Shown piece after piece: positions 28,597 to 37,011 of a stretch of DNA of 64,000 nt. The first letter of the stretch is position 1; each line of letters opens with the position of its first letter. Under the pieces are notes generated by a model. The model saw only the letters and a program-made list of their open reading frames with translations, had not been told where the DNA came from and did not search any database. Location of the stretch: contig JBEULG010000028.1 of assembly GCA_041287425.1 (NCBI GenBank), forward strand, positions 36,299 through 100,298, in the 5' to 3' direction. The DNA comes from Anaerolineales bacterium. Its GTDB lineage: Bacteria > Chloroflexota > Anaerolineae > Anaerolineales > Villigracilaceae. The position numbers were made by a program, and so were the translations under genes.

Positions 28597-29235
28597 ATGA
28601 ACCAGACTGCTATTCATCACGTCGTCTTCCTGCGCCATGCCGAGTCGGTCGGCAACGCCGAGAACCGTTTCCAGGGGCATGCCGACTTCCCGCTGACCGA
28701 GCGCGGCCTGGCCCAGGCCCGCGCCCTGGCCGAACGCTGGCGGGCAGAGAGAGTCACCTTCGACCGCGCCATCGCCAGCCCGCTCCGGCGCGCCCGTCAG
28801 ACGGCCGAAATCGTCTGCGCCGCCCTCGGCCTCCCGCTCACATTCGACCCCGGCTGGATGGAAATCAACAACGGCCGAATGGCCGGTCTGACCGCCGAGG
28901 AGGAAGAGCGCCTCTTTCCGCGCCCGGCCTTCGTGACCCCCTACACGCATTACGGGGAAACGGGCGAGAGTCGCTGGGAACTGTACCTGCGGGCGGGTGC
29001 CAACATCCAGCGGCTGGTCGATTCTCCGCCGGGGCGCATCCTGGTGGTGGCGCACGGCGGCATCCTCAACATGGCCATGTATGCCATGCTCAACATCCCT
29101 CTCCAGGCCAATTCCAGCGGGCCGCGTTTCCTGTTCCGCAACCTGGCCTTCGCCACCCTCGAATACCATGCCGAGCGCCACAACTGGTACCTGCTCGGCT
29201 TCGACGGCGGCGCGCCGGACGAGGAGGCAGAATGA
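28597..29235 (+). CDS. Histidine phosphatase (phosphoglycerate-mutase-like) family protein
   Basis: RHAES.GN catalytic motif (FLRHAESVGN) and VVAHGGIL. Confidence 0.88.
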   Translation: MNQTAIHHVVFLRHAESVGNAENRFQGHADFPLTERGLAQARALAERWRAERVTFDRAIASPLRRARQTAEIVCAALGLPLTFDPGWMEINNGRMAGLTAEEEERLFPRPAFVTPYTHYGETGESRWELYLRAGANIQRLVDSPPGRILVVAHGGILNMAMYAMLNIPLQANSSGPRFLFRNLAFATLEYHAERHNWYLLGFDGGAPDEEAE

Positions 29236-30305
29236 CCCCCCTGCGCGTGCTGACCTTCGGCGCCGGCGCCATCGGCACCTACATCGGGGGCTCGCTGGCC
29301 CTGGCTGGCCATCGGGTCGTCTTCGTCGAACAGCCCCAGGCGGTGGAGGAACTGCGCCGGCGCGGTCTGCGGCTCGACCTGAGCGCCGCCCGCCGGGCTG
29401 CGGCTGGCCAGCCGCCGGCGGTCTACTCGCCCTCCTCGGCAGCCTTCTTTCCGACCCTGGCCGAAGCCCTGGAACACGGCCCCTTCGACATCGCCATCTA
29501 CGCCCTCAAGTCTTTCGACACCGCCGCTTTCCTCGCCTCGCTCGGCGGCCTGGGCGCGGCTCTCCCGCCCCTCCTGTGTCTCTCGAACGGCGTGGACAAC
29601 GAAGCGGACCTGGCAGCCGTCCTCGGCCCGGAGCGGGTCATCGCCGGGACGGTCACCTCGTCGGTGGGTCGCCGCGCCGTGGGCGACATTGTCCTCGAGC
29701 GGCTGCGCGGCGTGGGGGTGGCGCGCCCCGCCCCTGGCTGCGAAATCCAGGCCGAGAGTCTGGTCGCCGCCCTCCACAAAGCCGGTCTGAACGCCCGGCT
29801 GTTCCCCTCCGCCGCCGAGATGAAGTGGTCGAAGATGCTCACCAACCTGCCGGCCAACGCCACCGCCGCCATCTTGAGCCTGACGCCCGCCGAGGTCTTC
29901 GCTCATCCGGGCCTGTTCCGCCTGGAAATGGCGATGCTGGGCGAGGCCCTGGCCGTGATGCGGGCGCTGGGCATGCGGGTCATTGACCTGCCCGGCGTGC
30001 CGGTGCGGGCGCTGGCGCTGGGGACGCGCCTGCCGGAGGCCATCGCCCGGCCGCTGATGCGCAAAGCCGTCGGCGGCGGGCGCGGCGGCAAGATGCCCTC
30101 TTTCCACATCGACCTGCACTCCGGGCGCGGCCGCTCGGAGGTCGAGTGGTTGAACGGAGCGGTCGTCCGCTACGGCGAGCAGGCCGGCGTCCAGACGCCG
30201 GTTAACCGGCTGCTCACCGAGACCCTCCTGGCCCTGACCCGCGGCGAACAGCCGCTCGAAACCTATGCCCGCCAGCCGCAAAAACTCCTGGCTCTGGCGG
30301 GCTGA
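29232..30305 (+). CDS. panE: 2-dehydropantoate 2-reductase family (ApbA/PanE)
   Basis: VLTFGAGAIGTYIGG Rossmann motif, family-typical length, ATGA overlap with the upstream gene. Confidence 0.8.
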   Translation: MTPLRVLTFGAGAIGTYIGGSLALAGHRVVFVEQPQAVEELRRRGLRLDLSAARRAAAGQPPAVYSPSSAAFFPTLAEALEHGPFDIAIYALKSFDTAAFLASLGGLGAALPPLLCLSNGVDNEADLAAVLGPERVIAGTVTSSVGRRAVGDIVLERLRGVGVARPAPGCEIQAESLVAALHKAGLNARLFPSAAEMKWSKMLTNLPANATAAILSLTPAEVFAHPGLFRLEMAMLGEALAVMRALGMRVIDLPGVPVRALALGTRLPEAIARPLMRKAVGGGRGGKMPSFHIDLHSGRGRSEVEWLNGAVVRYGEQAGVQTPVNRLLTETLLALTRGEQPLETYARQPQKLLALAG

Positions 30306-30326
30306 CCTCGTTGGTTCGGATGCCCT

Positions 30327-32036
30327 ATGAATGCCAAGATTCAACTCGTCTCGCCGAGCGATACGGTCGAGGTGCATTTGCCCGACGGCCGCACCCTGGC
30401 CGGCCCGCGCGGCGCCAGCGCAGCCGACTTCCTGCGCCCCATCGAGGCCGAATTGCCCGGCCCGCTGATGGGCGCGGTGGTCAACAACGTGCTGCACGAA
30501 TTGACCTACCCCATCACCATGGAGTCGAACATCGCCCCGGTCACCATGGCCGACGCCGACGGGGCGCGCATCTACCGCCGCTCGCTGACCTTCCTGCTCG
30601 AAACAGCCTTCGCCGCCCTCTTCCCCGGCGGCGGCGTGCTGATCATCGACCACTCCATCACCAGCGGCGGCTACTATTGCCATCTCAACGGCCGTCCGCC
30701 CCTCGACCGGCACGAATTGCACCGCCTGGAAGCCGAAATGCAACGCCTGGTCGAGGCCGACCTGCCCTTCGAACGGCGCGAAATGCCGCTCGAAGAGGCC
30801 ATCTCTTACTTCGAGCGCGAGAACTACCCCGACAAAGTACGTCTCTTGCGCCACCGCCGCAAACCCTACGTCACCCTCTACAATCTGAACGGCCATGTGG
30901 ACTACCACCACGGCTACATGGTGCCTTCCACCGGTTACCTCAAGTGGTTTTCCCTGCTGCCGGCCGAGAGCGGGTTTACGCTGCGCTTCCCGCGCCGCCG
31001 CAGCCCGACCAGCCTCTCGCCGCTCCAGGATTACCCCAAACTGCTGGCCGCCTTCCGCCTCTACGGCGACTGGCTCGAACGCCTCGGCATTGACAACGTC
31101 GGGGCGCTGAACGACGCCATCCAGGCCGGCCGCAGCCGCGAGGTCATCCTCGTCTCCGAGGCGCTCCACGAACAGCACATCGCCGACATCGCCCGTCAGA
31201 TCGCCGGCCGCCGCCAGGACGCCCGCATCGTACTCATCTCCGGGCCGTCTTCCTCGGGCAAGACCACCTTTTCCCGCCGCCTGGCCGTCCAGTTGCTGGC
31301 GCTCGGCCTCTCGCCCTTTGCCCTCGAACTGGACAACTTTTTCGTCGACCGCGAGCAGACTCCCCTCGACGAGCAAGGTCAGTATGATTTCGAGGCCCTC
31401 GAGGCAATCGACCTGGACCTGCTGGCCGCCACGCTGCAGCGCTTGCTGGCGGGGGAGGCGGTGGCGATCCCGCACTACAACTTCAAGAGCGGCAAACGCG
31501 AGCCGGGCGAGACCGTCCAGTTGAGCCGCGACCATCTCATCATCCTGGAAGGAATCCACGGCTTGAACCCGCGCCTGCTGCCCGATTCGTTGGCCGGGCG
31601 CGCCTTCCGCATCTACGGTGCGGCGCTGACGCAACTGAACCTCGACCGTCACAACCGCGTCTCGACCACCGACACGCGTCTCATCCGCCGCATCGTGCGC
31701 GACGCCCGCGAACGCGGCTACACCGCCCAGGAAACCATCCGCCGCTGGGAATCGGTCCAACGCGGCGAGGAACGGCACATCTTCCCCTACCAGGAGAACG
31801 CCGATGTGATGTTCAATTCGGCCCTGGTGTACGAACTGGCCGCCCTGCAGCCGCTGGCCGAACCGCTCTTGCGCCAGGTCTCGTATGGGACGCCCGAACA
31901 CATCGAGGCCAAGCGCCTGCTGGCCTTCCTGGAGTGGTTCCTGCCGGTCGAGACCAGCCTGATTCCCGACAATTCCATCCTGCGCGAATTCGTCGGCGGC
32001 TCGATTCTGAAAGATTTCAAAATCTGGAAAGTATGA
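30327..32036 (+). CDS. TGS-domain / uridine-kinase-family P-loop nucleoside kinase fusion
   Basis: N-terminal TGS-like VEVHLPDGRTL. P-loop ISGPSSSGKTTF. Udk/PRK-type C-terminal half. Confidence 0.78.
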   Translation: MNAKIQLVSPSDTVEVHLPDGRTLAGPRGASAADFLRPIEAELPGPLMGAVVNNVLHELTYPITMESNIAPVTMADADGARIYRRSLTFLLETAFAALFPGGGVLIIDHSITSGGYYCHLNGRPPLDRHELHRLEAEMQRLVEADLPFERREMPLEEAISYFERENYPDKVRLLRHRRKPYVTLYNLNGHVDYHHGYMVPSTGYLKWFSLLPAESGFTLRFPRRRSPTSLSPLQDYPKLLAAFRLYGDWLERLGIDNVGALNDAIQAGRSREVILVSEALHEQHIADIARQIAGRRQDARIVLISGPSSSGKTTFSRRLAVQLLALGLSPFALELDNFFVDREQTPLDEQGQYDFEALEAIDLDLLAATLQRLLAGEAVAIPHYNFKSGKREPGETVQLSRDHLIILEGIHGLNPRLLPDSLAGRAFRIYGAALTQLNLDRHNRVSTTDTRLIRRIVRDARERGYTAQETIRRWESVQRGEERHIFPYQENADVMFNSALVYELAALQPLAEPLLRQVSYGTPEHIEAKRLLAFLEWFLPVETSLIPDNSILREFVGGSILKDFKIWKV

Positions 32037-32593
32037 GTTTCATCGAGGTTCTGCTCATCGCCCTCAGCATGGCCATGGACGCCTTCGCCGTTTGCCTCGG
32101 CGCCGGGACGACCGGCCAGGCCAACGGTCCCCGGCCGACCTTTCGGCTGGCGTTCCATTTCGGCCTTTTTCAATTCCTGATGCCGCTGATCGGCTGGTTC
32201 GCCGGAATCACCATCGAGCGTTACATTGCCTCTTATGACCACTGGATTGCCTTTGGTCTGCTGGCCTTCGTGGGAGGGCGCATGATTCGCTCCGGCCTGG
32301 ACCCCAACGGCGAACACGACCATCTCGATCCGTCGCGCGGCTGGACGCTGGTCATGCTCTCGATCGCCGTCAGCATCGACGCCCTGGCCATCGGCCTCAG
32401 CCTGGGGCTGATCGGCGTGGCCATCTGGTATCCGGCCATCGTCATCGGCCTGGTGACCGGCCTGATGTCCTGGCTCGGTTTGCGGCTGGGAGGCGGCTTG
32501 GGCAAGAAGTTCGGCAAGCGCATGGAAATCGTGGGCGGCCTGGTGCTGATCGGCATCGGCATCCGCATCGTGATCGCCCATTTATTGACCTGA
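32033..32593 (+). CDS. mntP: Manganese efflux pump MntP
   Basis: Part of ORF 31934..32593. Start MSFIEVLLIALSMAMDAFAV (ATGA overlap with the upstream stop). Duplicated DAFAV/DALAIG motif. Confidence 0.88.
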   Translation: MSFIEVLLIALSMAMDAFAVCLGAGTTGQANGPRPTFRLAFHFGLFQFLMPLIGWFAGITIERYIASYDHWIAFGLLAFVGGRMIRSGLDPNGEHDHLDPSRGWTLVMLSIAVSIDALAIGLSLGLIGVAIWYPAIVIGLVTGLMSWLGLRLGGGLGKKFGKRMEIVGGLVLIGIGIRIVIAHLLT

Positions 32594-32616
32594 ACCTGCA
32601 GCGAGGAGAGTGTCTT

Positions 32617-33102
32617 ATGGAAACCCTGGAAGCCATCCGCAAGCGGCGCAGCATCCGCAAATACAAACCCGACCCGATTCCGCGCCAGCACCTGGAGACC
32701 ATCGTCGACGCCGGGCGGCTGGCGGCCACCGGCAGCAACCGTCAGCCGTGGGATTTCATCGTCGTCCAGGAACGGGCGACCATCGCCCGATTCAAATCGG
32801 CCGGCGGGTGGATCGAATCGGCGCCGGCCGTCATCGCGGTGGTGCTCGACCCGTCCTCGCGCTGGTGGGTGGAGGACGGCGCGGCCGCCATCGAGAACAT
32901 GCTGCTGGCCTGCACCGCCCTGGGCTATGGTTCCTGCTGGGTGGAAGGCGATGCCCTGCCGCGCGAAGAGGAGTTCAAGCGCCTGCTGGGAGTGCCGCCC
33001 GAAAAGCGCCTGATGGCGCTGGTGCCGGTCGGCGTGCCAGACGAAAGCCCGACGCGGGAAAAGAAACCTCTCGAGCAGGTGATTCACTGGGAGAAGTATT
33101 GA
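32617..33102 (+). CDS. Nitroreductase-family protein
   Basis: AIRKRRSIRKY..RLAATGSNRQPWDFIVV signature. GAGGAG RBS. Confidence 0.88.
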   Translation: METLEAIRKRRSIRKYKPDPIPRQHLETIVDAGRLAATGSNRQPWDFIVVQERATIARFKSAGGWIESAPAVIAVVLDPSSRWWVEDGAAAIENMLLACTALGYGSCWVEGDALPREEEFKRLLGVPPEKRLMALVPVGVPDESPTREKKPLEQVIHWEKY

Positions 33103-33284
33103 TTAGGTGACAAAAACACAAGGCTCATCTATCCAAAGAGTGAGCGTGGTTGCGAGGGCCGGTGCTCTCCCGGCCCGAAGCAATCCCCCTCGTGGTTTTC
33201 TACGTGCAAAAGACAGGAGACTGCTTCGTCGGGCAAAAGGCGCCCTCCTCGCAGCGACACGGTTTACTTATGTAGGTGTATTCC

Positions 33285-34175
33285 CTATCGGTCGGAGAGT
33301 TGGCAGTCGAGAATTCTCTTCTCTGCCAATTGTACATATTTTTCGTCCACTTCGTAGCCGACGTAATGGCGCCCGGAGCGGAGGGCGGCGAGAGCCGTCT
33401 GCCCGCTGCCCATGAAGGGGTCGAGGACGACCTCGCCAGCAAAAGTATAGAGTTGAATCAACCGCCGCGGCAACTCGACCGGGAACGGCGCCGGGTGCCC
33501 GACCTTGCGCGCCGGTTCGGCGGGAAACGTCCAGACGGACTTGTTGTACTCGAGGAATTCCTGACGGCTAATCGTGCTGGCGCGGCGCTGCGGATTGGCG
33601 CGCTTGAAAGTCTGCTTGCTGAAGACCAGGATGTACTCGTGCACGTCGCGCAGGGTGGGATTGGAGGCCGATTGCCACGACCCCCAGGCGGTGGACGGGG
33701 AGGCGCTGGCGGCCTTGTTCCAGATGATTTCGCCGCGCATCAAAAAGCCCAGGCGGACGGCCTGTTCGGCGACGTAGGCATGCAGGGGGATATACGGCTT
33801 GCGCCCCAGGTTGGCGAGGTTGATGGCCATCCGTCCCCCCGGCACAAGGACGCGCCAGGTCTCCTTCCAGACGCGCTCCAGGAAGGCCAGGTACTCGCCC
33901 AGCGAGAGGTCGGCGTCGTAGTCCTTGCCGACGTTGTAGGGCGGCGAGGTGACCATGAGATGGACGCTGCAATCGGGCAGTTCGGTCATCGTCTCGGCGG
34001 AGCGGCAGAAGATGCGGTCGAGGCAACCGGAGGGGAGGGGGTTCTCGCAGTAGGGGGCGTCCTGCTCCTGCGGCTGGTCGGCGTAGAGGCGGCTGTTGTA
34101 GAACGGCGTCGCGTCGTGTCCGACCCGGCCGGGGGAGCCGAAGGAGGAGGTGGAGGTGGTTTTTCGCTTGGGCAT
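33285..34175 (-). CDS. Beta-class DNA methyltransferase with SPPY motif IV (N4-cytosine type likely)
   Basis: HLMVTSPPYNVGKDY (motif IV) precedes LDPFMGSGQT (motif I). HPAPFPVELP is typical of the N4/N6 methylase family. Confidence 0.88.
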   Translation of the reverse strand: MPKRKTTSTSSFGSPGRVGHDATPFYNSRLYADQPQEQDAPYCENPLPSGCLDRIFCRSAETMTELPDCSVHLMVTSPPYNVGKDYDADLSLGEYLAFLERVWKETWRVLVPGGRMAINLANLGRKPYIPLHAYVAEQAVRLGFLMRGEIIWNKAASASPSTAWGSWQSASNPTLRDVHEYILVFSKQTFKRANPQRRASTISRQEFLEYNKSVWTFPAEPARKVGHPAPFPVELPRRLIQLYTFAGEVVLDPFMGSGQTALAALRSGRHYVGYEVDEKYVQLAEKRILDCQLSDR

Positions 34176-34195
34176 GCTAGTTCATATTTTCATAA

Positions 34196-34272
34196 CACGA
34201 AGGACGCCACGAACCCACGAAGGAACACCAAGATACTTCGTGACCTTTGTGCTAACCTTCGTGCCCTTTGTG
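34196..34272. repeat. Cluster of five CACGAAG/CTTCGTG cores: three forward, two inverted within 16-bp direct repeats
   Basis: CACGAAGGA at 34196 and 34216, CACGAAC at 34208. CTTCGTGaCCTTTGTG at 34236 and CTTCGTGcCCTTTGTG at 34257. This fills the 98-nt spacer between the HAS-barrel-like gene and the methyltransferase. Confidence 0.85.
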
Positions 34273-34273
34273 T

Positions 34274-34867
34274 TTAAACCACCTCCCCCAGCGCGCCCAG
34301 CACGGACATGAGAGTCGGATAATCATCGCGCAAGAGGGTAATCAGTTCCTGGATTGCGGCCTCGACCCATTTTTCGTCCTTCGTCTGCTGCTTCACCTGC
34401 AGGAGATGCGCCGCCAGCACCTCGCCGATGGGCGTCTCCTCCGCCCGCAGCAGGTGACGGAAGTAGCCGAAGCGCCCGGCGGTGACGAAGCGGGTCAGTT
34501 CGGCCGCCGTGCAGAGGTAGATGACATCCAGGCTGAGCGGCGGACGCGGCGGCAGCAGATGATAGATTTTGCCGTCCTGTTCGTAGCCGACCGTCAGCAC
34601 GCTCATCTCGACCGGCACGATGCGCCGCTCGCGGTTGTCGTGCATGACCTCCGGCGTGATGTTGTCGGCGGTGACCAGTTGGCGCACCAGGCCGTCATCC
34701 TCGATGTGGATGTCGGTGATGAGGCCATAGACGGCGTATCCGCCCTCCAGCGGGGCGCGGACGAGCGCGCCCAGGGCGGGGGCTTCCAGTTGCGCCACCG
34801 AGCAGCCGGCCACGAAGCCGGTCGTGCCGGAGCGCAGAAGATGTCCGATGCGGAGGGTGTCTGTCAT
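34274..34867 (-). CDS. Hypothetical 197-aa protein, possible stand-alone HAS-barrel (HerA N-terminal-like) domain plus helical tail
   Basis: Track ORF 34274..35554, but its 5' 229 codons are Arg/Pro-rich and overlap nurA out of frame. Likely start MTDTLRIGHLL (ATG 34865-34867) overlaps the nurA stop as ATGA. IGHLLRSGTTGFVAGCSV...YGLITDIHIEDD is beta-barrel-like. No Walker motifs. Confidence 0.6.
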   Translation of the reverse strand: MTDTLRIGHLLRSGTTGFVAGCSVAQLEAPALGALVRAPLEGGYAVYGLITDIHIEDDGLVRQLVTADNITPEVMHDNRERRIVPVEMSVLTVGYEQDGKIYHLLPPRPPLSLDVIYLCTAAELTRFVTAGRFGYFRHLLRAEETPIGEVLAAHLLQVKQQTKDEKWVEAAIQELITLLRDDYPTLMSVLGALGEVV

Positions 34868-36039
34868 TTTGTTCGCGTCCTTCCCGGCAAATCCTTCGCC
34901 GATTGCTTGCCCGATTTCTCGCCCACCTCGCCGCCGGCGCGGCGCAGTTCGAGGGCGAGCATCGCCTCGACTTGCTGTTTCTCCTCGAATCCGACCACCG
35001 CCACCTCGTGGGCGCGGTGCAGAATGTACGGGTACGGCCGCGCCCCCATGATGCGGCACTGCTCGACGAGGGCGGCGTGCAGGGCGTTCAAACTGGCCTC
35101 GTCCTCGGCCACCCACTTGGGGAATTCGACCCGCGCCAGGGCGGGATGCTTCTCGTCGCCGGCGTTCAGGTAGAAGAAGTGCAGCGCCAGGTCGCCGGTG
35201 TAGTGGAGGCGCGAACTGGACTGGAGACCGAAGACGGCAGAGCGCTGACCGCCCCGCAGCAGGCGGCCGAAGAGCCACAAGTCGGTGACGCCGCGCAGGG
35301 GATGGCGCTGGCGCACGTCTTTCAATTCGTCTTCCGGCAGGGCGGCAATTTCCAGCAAGCGGATGACCAGGTCGGCGGCGGGCTTGTCCACGTAACCGGC
35401 GGGCAGAATGCCCCGTTCCTGCATCTGGGAGAGAATCGACTTGTGCATTTCGAGATGGCGGCGGTACTCTTCCTGGCCGCCGTCTTTGGCCCCCCACAGT
35501 TCCACCGGCCCATCGGTCAACGCCAGGCACGGACCTTCGCCCTGCCGCGCCCATTCGAGCAGTTTGCGCCGTTCGGCCAGGTCGCGGCGCAGGGCGAGGG
35601 CCTCCTCGGTCAGCACGCCGCTCTCGGTGTACATCTCCTCGTCGAACAGGAGATTGCTCTCGGTGACGACCTCGGGGGCCGCGCCGGAGCCGGGGCGGAG
35701 GGCGATGACCGCCACATTGACCAGGCTGTAGAGGACGGCCGCGTGCCGGTCGGGGGCGATCTGCGAGCCGTCGGCGGCGAGGAGGGTCGGGGTAACGGGA
35801 GCAGGCGCGGGGTCGAAGGCCGAAGCGAGCGGCGCCCCGAGGGGGAGGGCGCAGCGCAGGGTGGGGTCATGGCCTCGGGCGCGTTCGACTTTTTCGGCCA
35901 GGAGCGCCGCTTTGTCCTGCCAGGCCTGGAAGAGGTCCCAGGCGCGCTGGCGCTGACGCTCCAGGTTTTGGCGGCGCGCCTGCGCTCCCTGGCCGATGAG
36001 GCGGATTTTTTCATAGACTTGCTGGAAGTTGAGGGCCAT
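34864..36039 (-). CDS. nurA: NurA-domain 5'-3' nuclease
   Basis: LLAADGSQI (catalytic Asp region), LTDGPVELWG, and RVEFPKWV...YPYILHRAHEVAVV match NurA-family conserved blocks by eye. Confidence 0.75.
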   Translation of the reverse strand: MALNFQQVYEKIRLIGQGAQARRQNLERQRQRAWDLFQAWQDKAALLAEKVERARGHDPTLRCALPLGAPLASAFDPAPAPVTPTLLAADGSQIAPDRHAAVLYSLVNVAVIALRPGSGAAPEVVTESNLLFDEEMYTESGVLTEEALALRRDLAERRKLLEWARQGEGPCLALTDGPVELWGAKDGGQEEYRRHLEMHKSILSQMQERGILPAGYVDKPAADLVIRLLEIAALPEDELKDVRQRHPLRGVTDLWLFGRLLRGGQRSAVFGLQSSSRLHYTGDLALHFFYLNAGDEKHPALARVEFPKWVAEDEASLNALHAALVEQCRIMGARPYPYILHRAHEVAVVGFEEKQQVEAMLALELRRAGGEVGEKSGKQSAKDLPGRTRTK

Positions 36040-36066
36040 GACCGTTCCTTAGAACATTTGTATCGG

Positions 36067-36095
36067 ATTGTACAGGGATTTGGGGTAAAATACAA
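36067..36095 (-). promoter_or_regulatory. Promoter TTGTAT-17-TACAAT for nurA
   Basis: Minus-strand read. The -10 lies 28 nt upstream of the nurA ATG, with an AAGGA RBS between. Confidence 0.5.
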
Positions 36096-36179
36096 GGCGT
36101 GAGGGGAACTTTTTCATGCCTGACGGCGTCTGTTTCCCATTCGTTCATATCCGACATTCATATCCAAAAGGAGGTTTGT

Positions 36180-36902
36180 ATGCGTTCTAAATTGTTCTGG
36201 CTTGCGCCGGTTTTAGCCCTGGCCCTGATTCTGACGGCCTGCAGTTCCCGGCCGTCTTCCGAGCAGGCGGCGCCGCGCACTCTCAACGTGACCGGCGTCG
36301 GCACCGTCTATCTGAGCCCCGACATCGCCTATCTTTATATGGGCGTGCATACAGAGGACGCCGACATTTCTGCGGCGGTGGATGAAAACAACCGCCAGAC
36401 CCAGGCAGTGGTGAATGCCCTCACCGCGATGGGCATTGCAGCCAGCGACATCCAGACCAGCAATTTCTCGGTCTGGGGGTCGCAGCAGTACGATCCGGTG
36501 ACGGGGACGCAGGCCGGTATCATCTATATGGTAGACAACACCGTCTATGTGACCGTCCGCGACCTGGACAAACTGCCCGATGTGCTGGATGCCGCCATCT
36601 CGGCCGGGGCGAACAACATCAACAGTCTGCAGTTCGACGTGGCCGATAAATCTGCCGCCCTGCAGGAAGCCCGTCAACTGGCGATGGAAAACGCCAACCG
36701 GCTGGCGGCCGAACTGGCCGACAACGCCGGACTGGAACTGGGCGAGATTCAGACGCTCTCCTACAGCGACTCGCTGCCGGTTTCGTATGGCTATGGATAC
36801 GGCATGGGCGGAGGCGGAGGCGAGGGGGGCGCAGCGACGCCCATCAGTCCCGGCCAATTGCCGTTGACCGTCTATTTGACCATCACCTACGAGATTCGCT
36901 GA
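36180..36902 (+). CDS. SIMPL-domain (DUF541) lipoprotein, copy 1
   Basis: Part of ORF 36099..36902. Start MRSKLFWLAPVLALALILTAC (lipobox). SIMPL-like LNVTGVGTVYLSPDIAYLYMGV. Confidence 0.85.
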   Translation: MRSKLFWLAPVLALALILTACSSRPSSEQAAPRTLNVTGVGTVYLSPDIAYLYMGVHTEDADISAAVDENNRQTQAVVNALTAMGIAASDIQTSNFSVWGSQQYDPVTGTQAGIIYMVDNTVYVTVRDLDKLPDVLDAAISAGANNINSLQFDVADKSAALQEARQLAMENANRLAAELADNAGLELGEIQTLSYSDSLPVSYGYGYGMGGGGGEGGAATPISPGQLPLTVYLTITYEIR

Positions 36903-37011
36903 GGCCGTTTGCAGAACCGCCCTCCCCGCCAATGTGCAGGGAGGGCGGAACTTTTCCGAAGAGGACAACGTCAGAGCAATGTCATTCCCTTTTGTTCTGA
37001 AGGAGAAAACC

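Noticed and set aside
28950-31901. 983-aa minus-strand ORF, the second longest in this part of the track
   Set aside because: It lies antisense to three plus-strand genes with clear family signatures (histidine phosphatase, PanE-like, TGS-uridine-kinase). Its translation is Gly/Ala/Arg/Asp-rich and low in complexity, with no recognisable motif. This is a typical high-GC antisense artefact.
34868-35554. N-terminal 229 codons of track ORF 34274..35554
   Set aside because: This stretch is Arg/Pro/Gly-rich and overlaps nurA in another frame. The internal ATG at 34867 forms an ATGA junction with the nurA stop, so the short 197-aa form is preferred.
36049-36062. SOS box at the nurA promoter (AGAACATTTGTATC)
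   Set aside because: Only the left half-site matches GAAC. The right half has two mismatches to GTTC. It is mentioned as a testable idea but not called as a feature.
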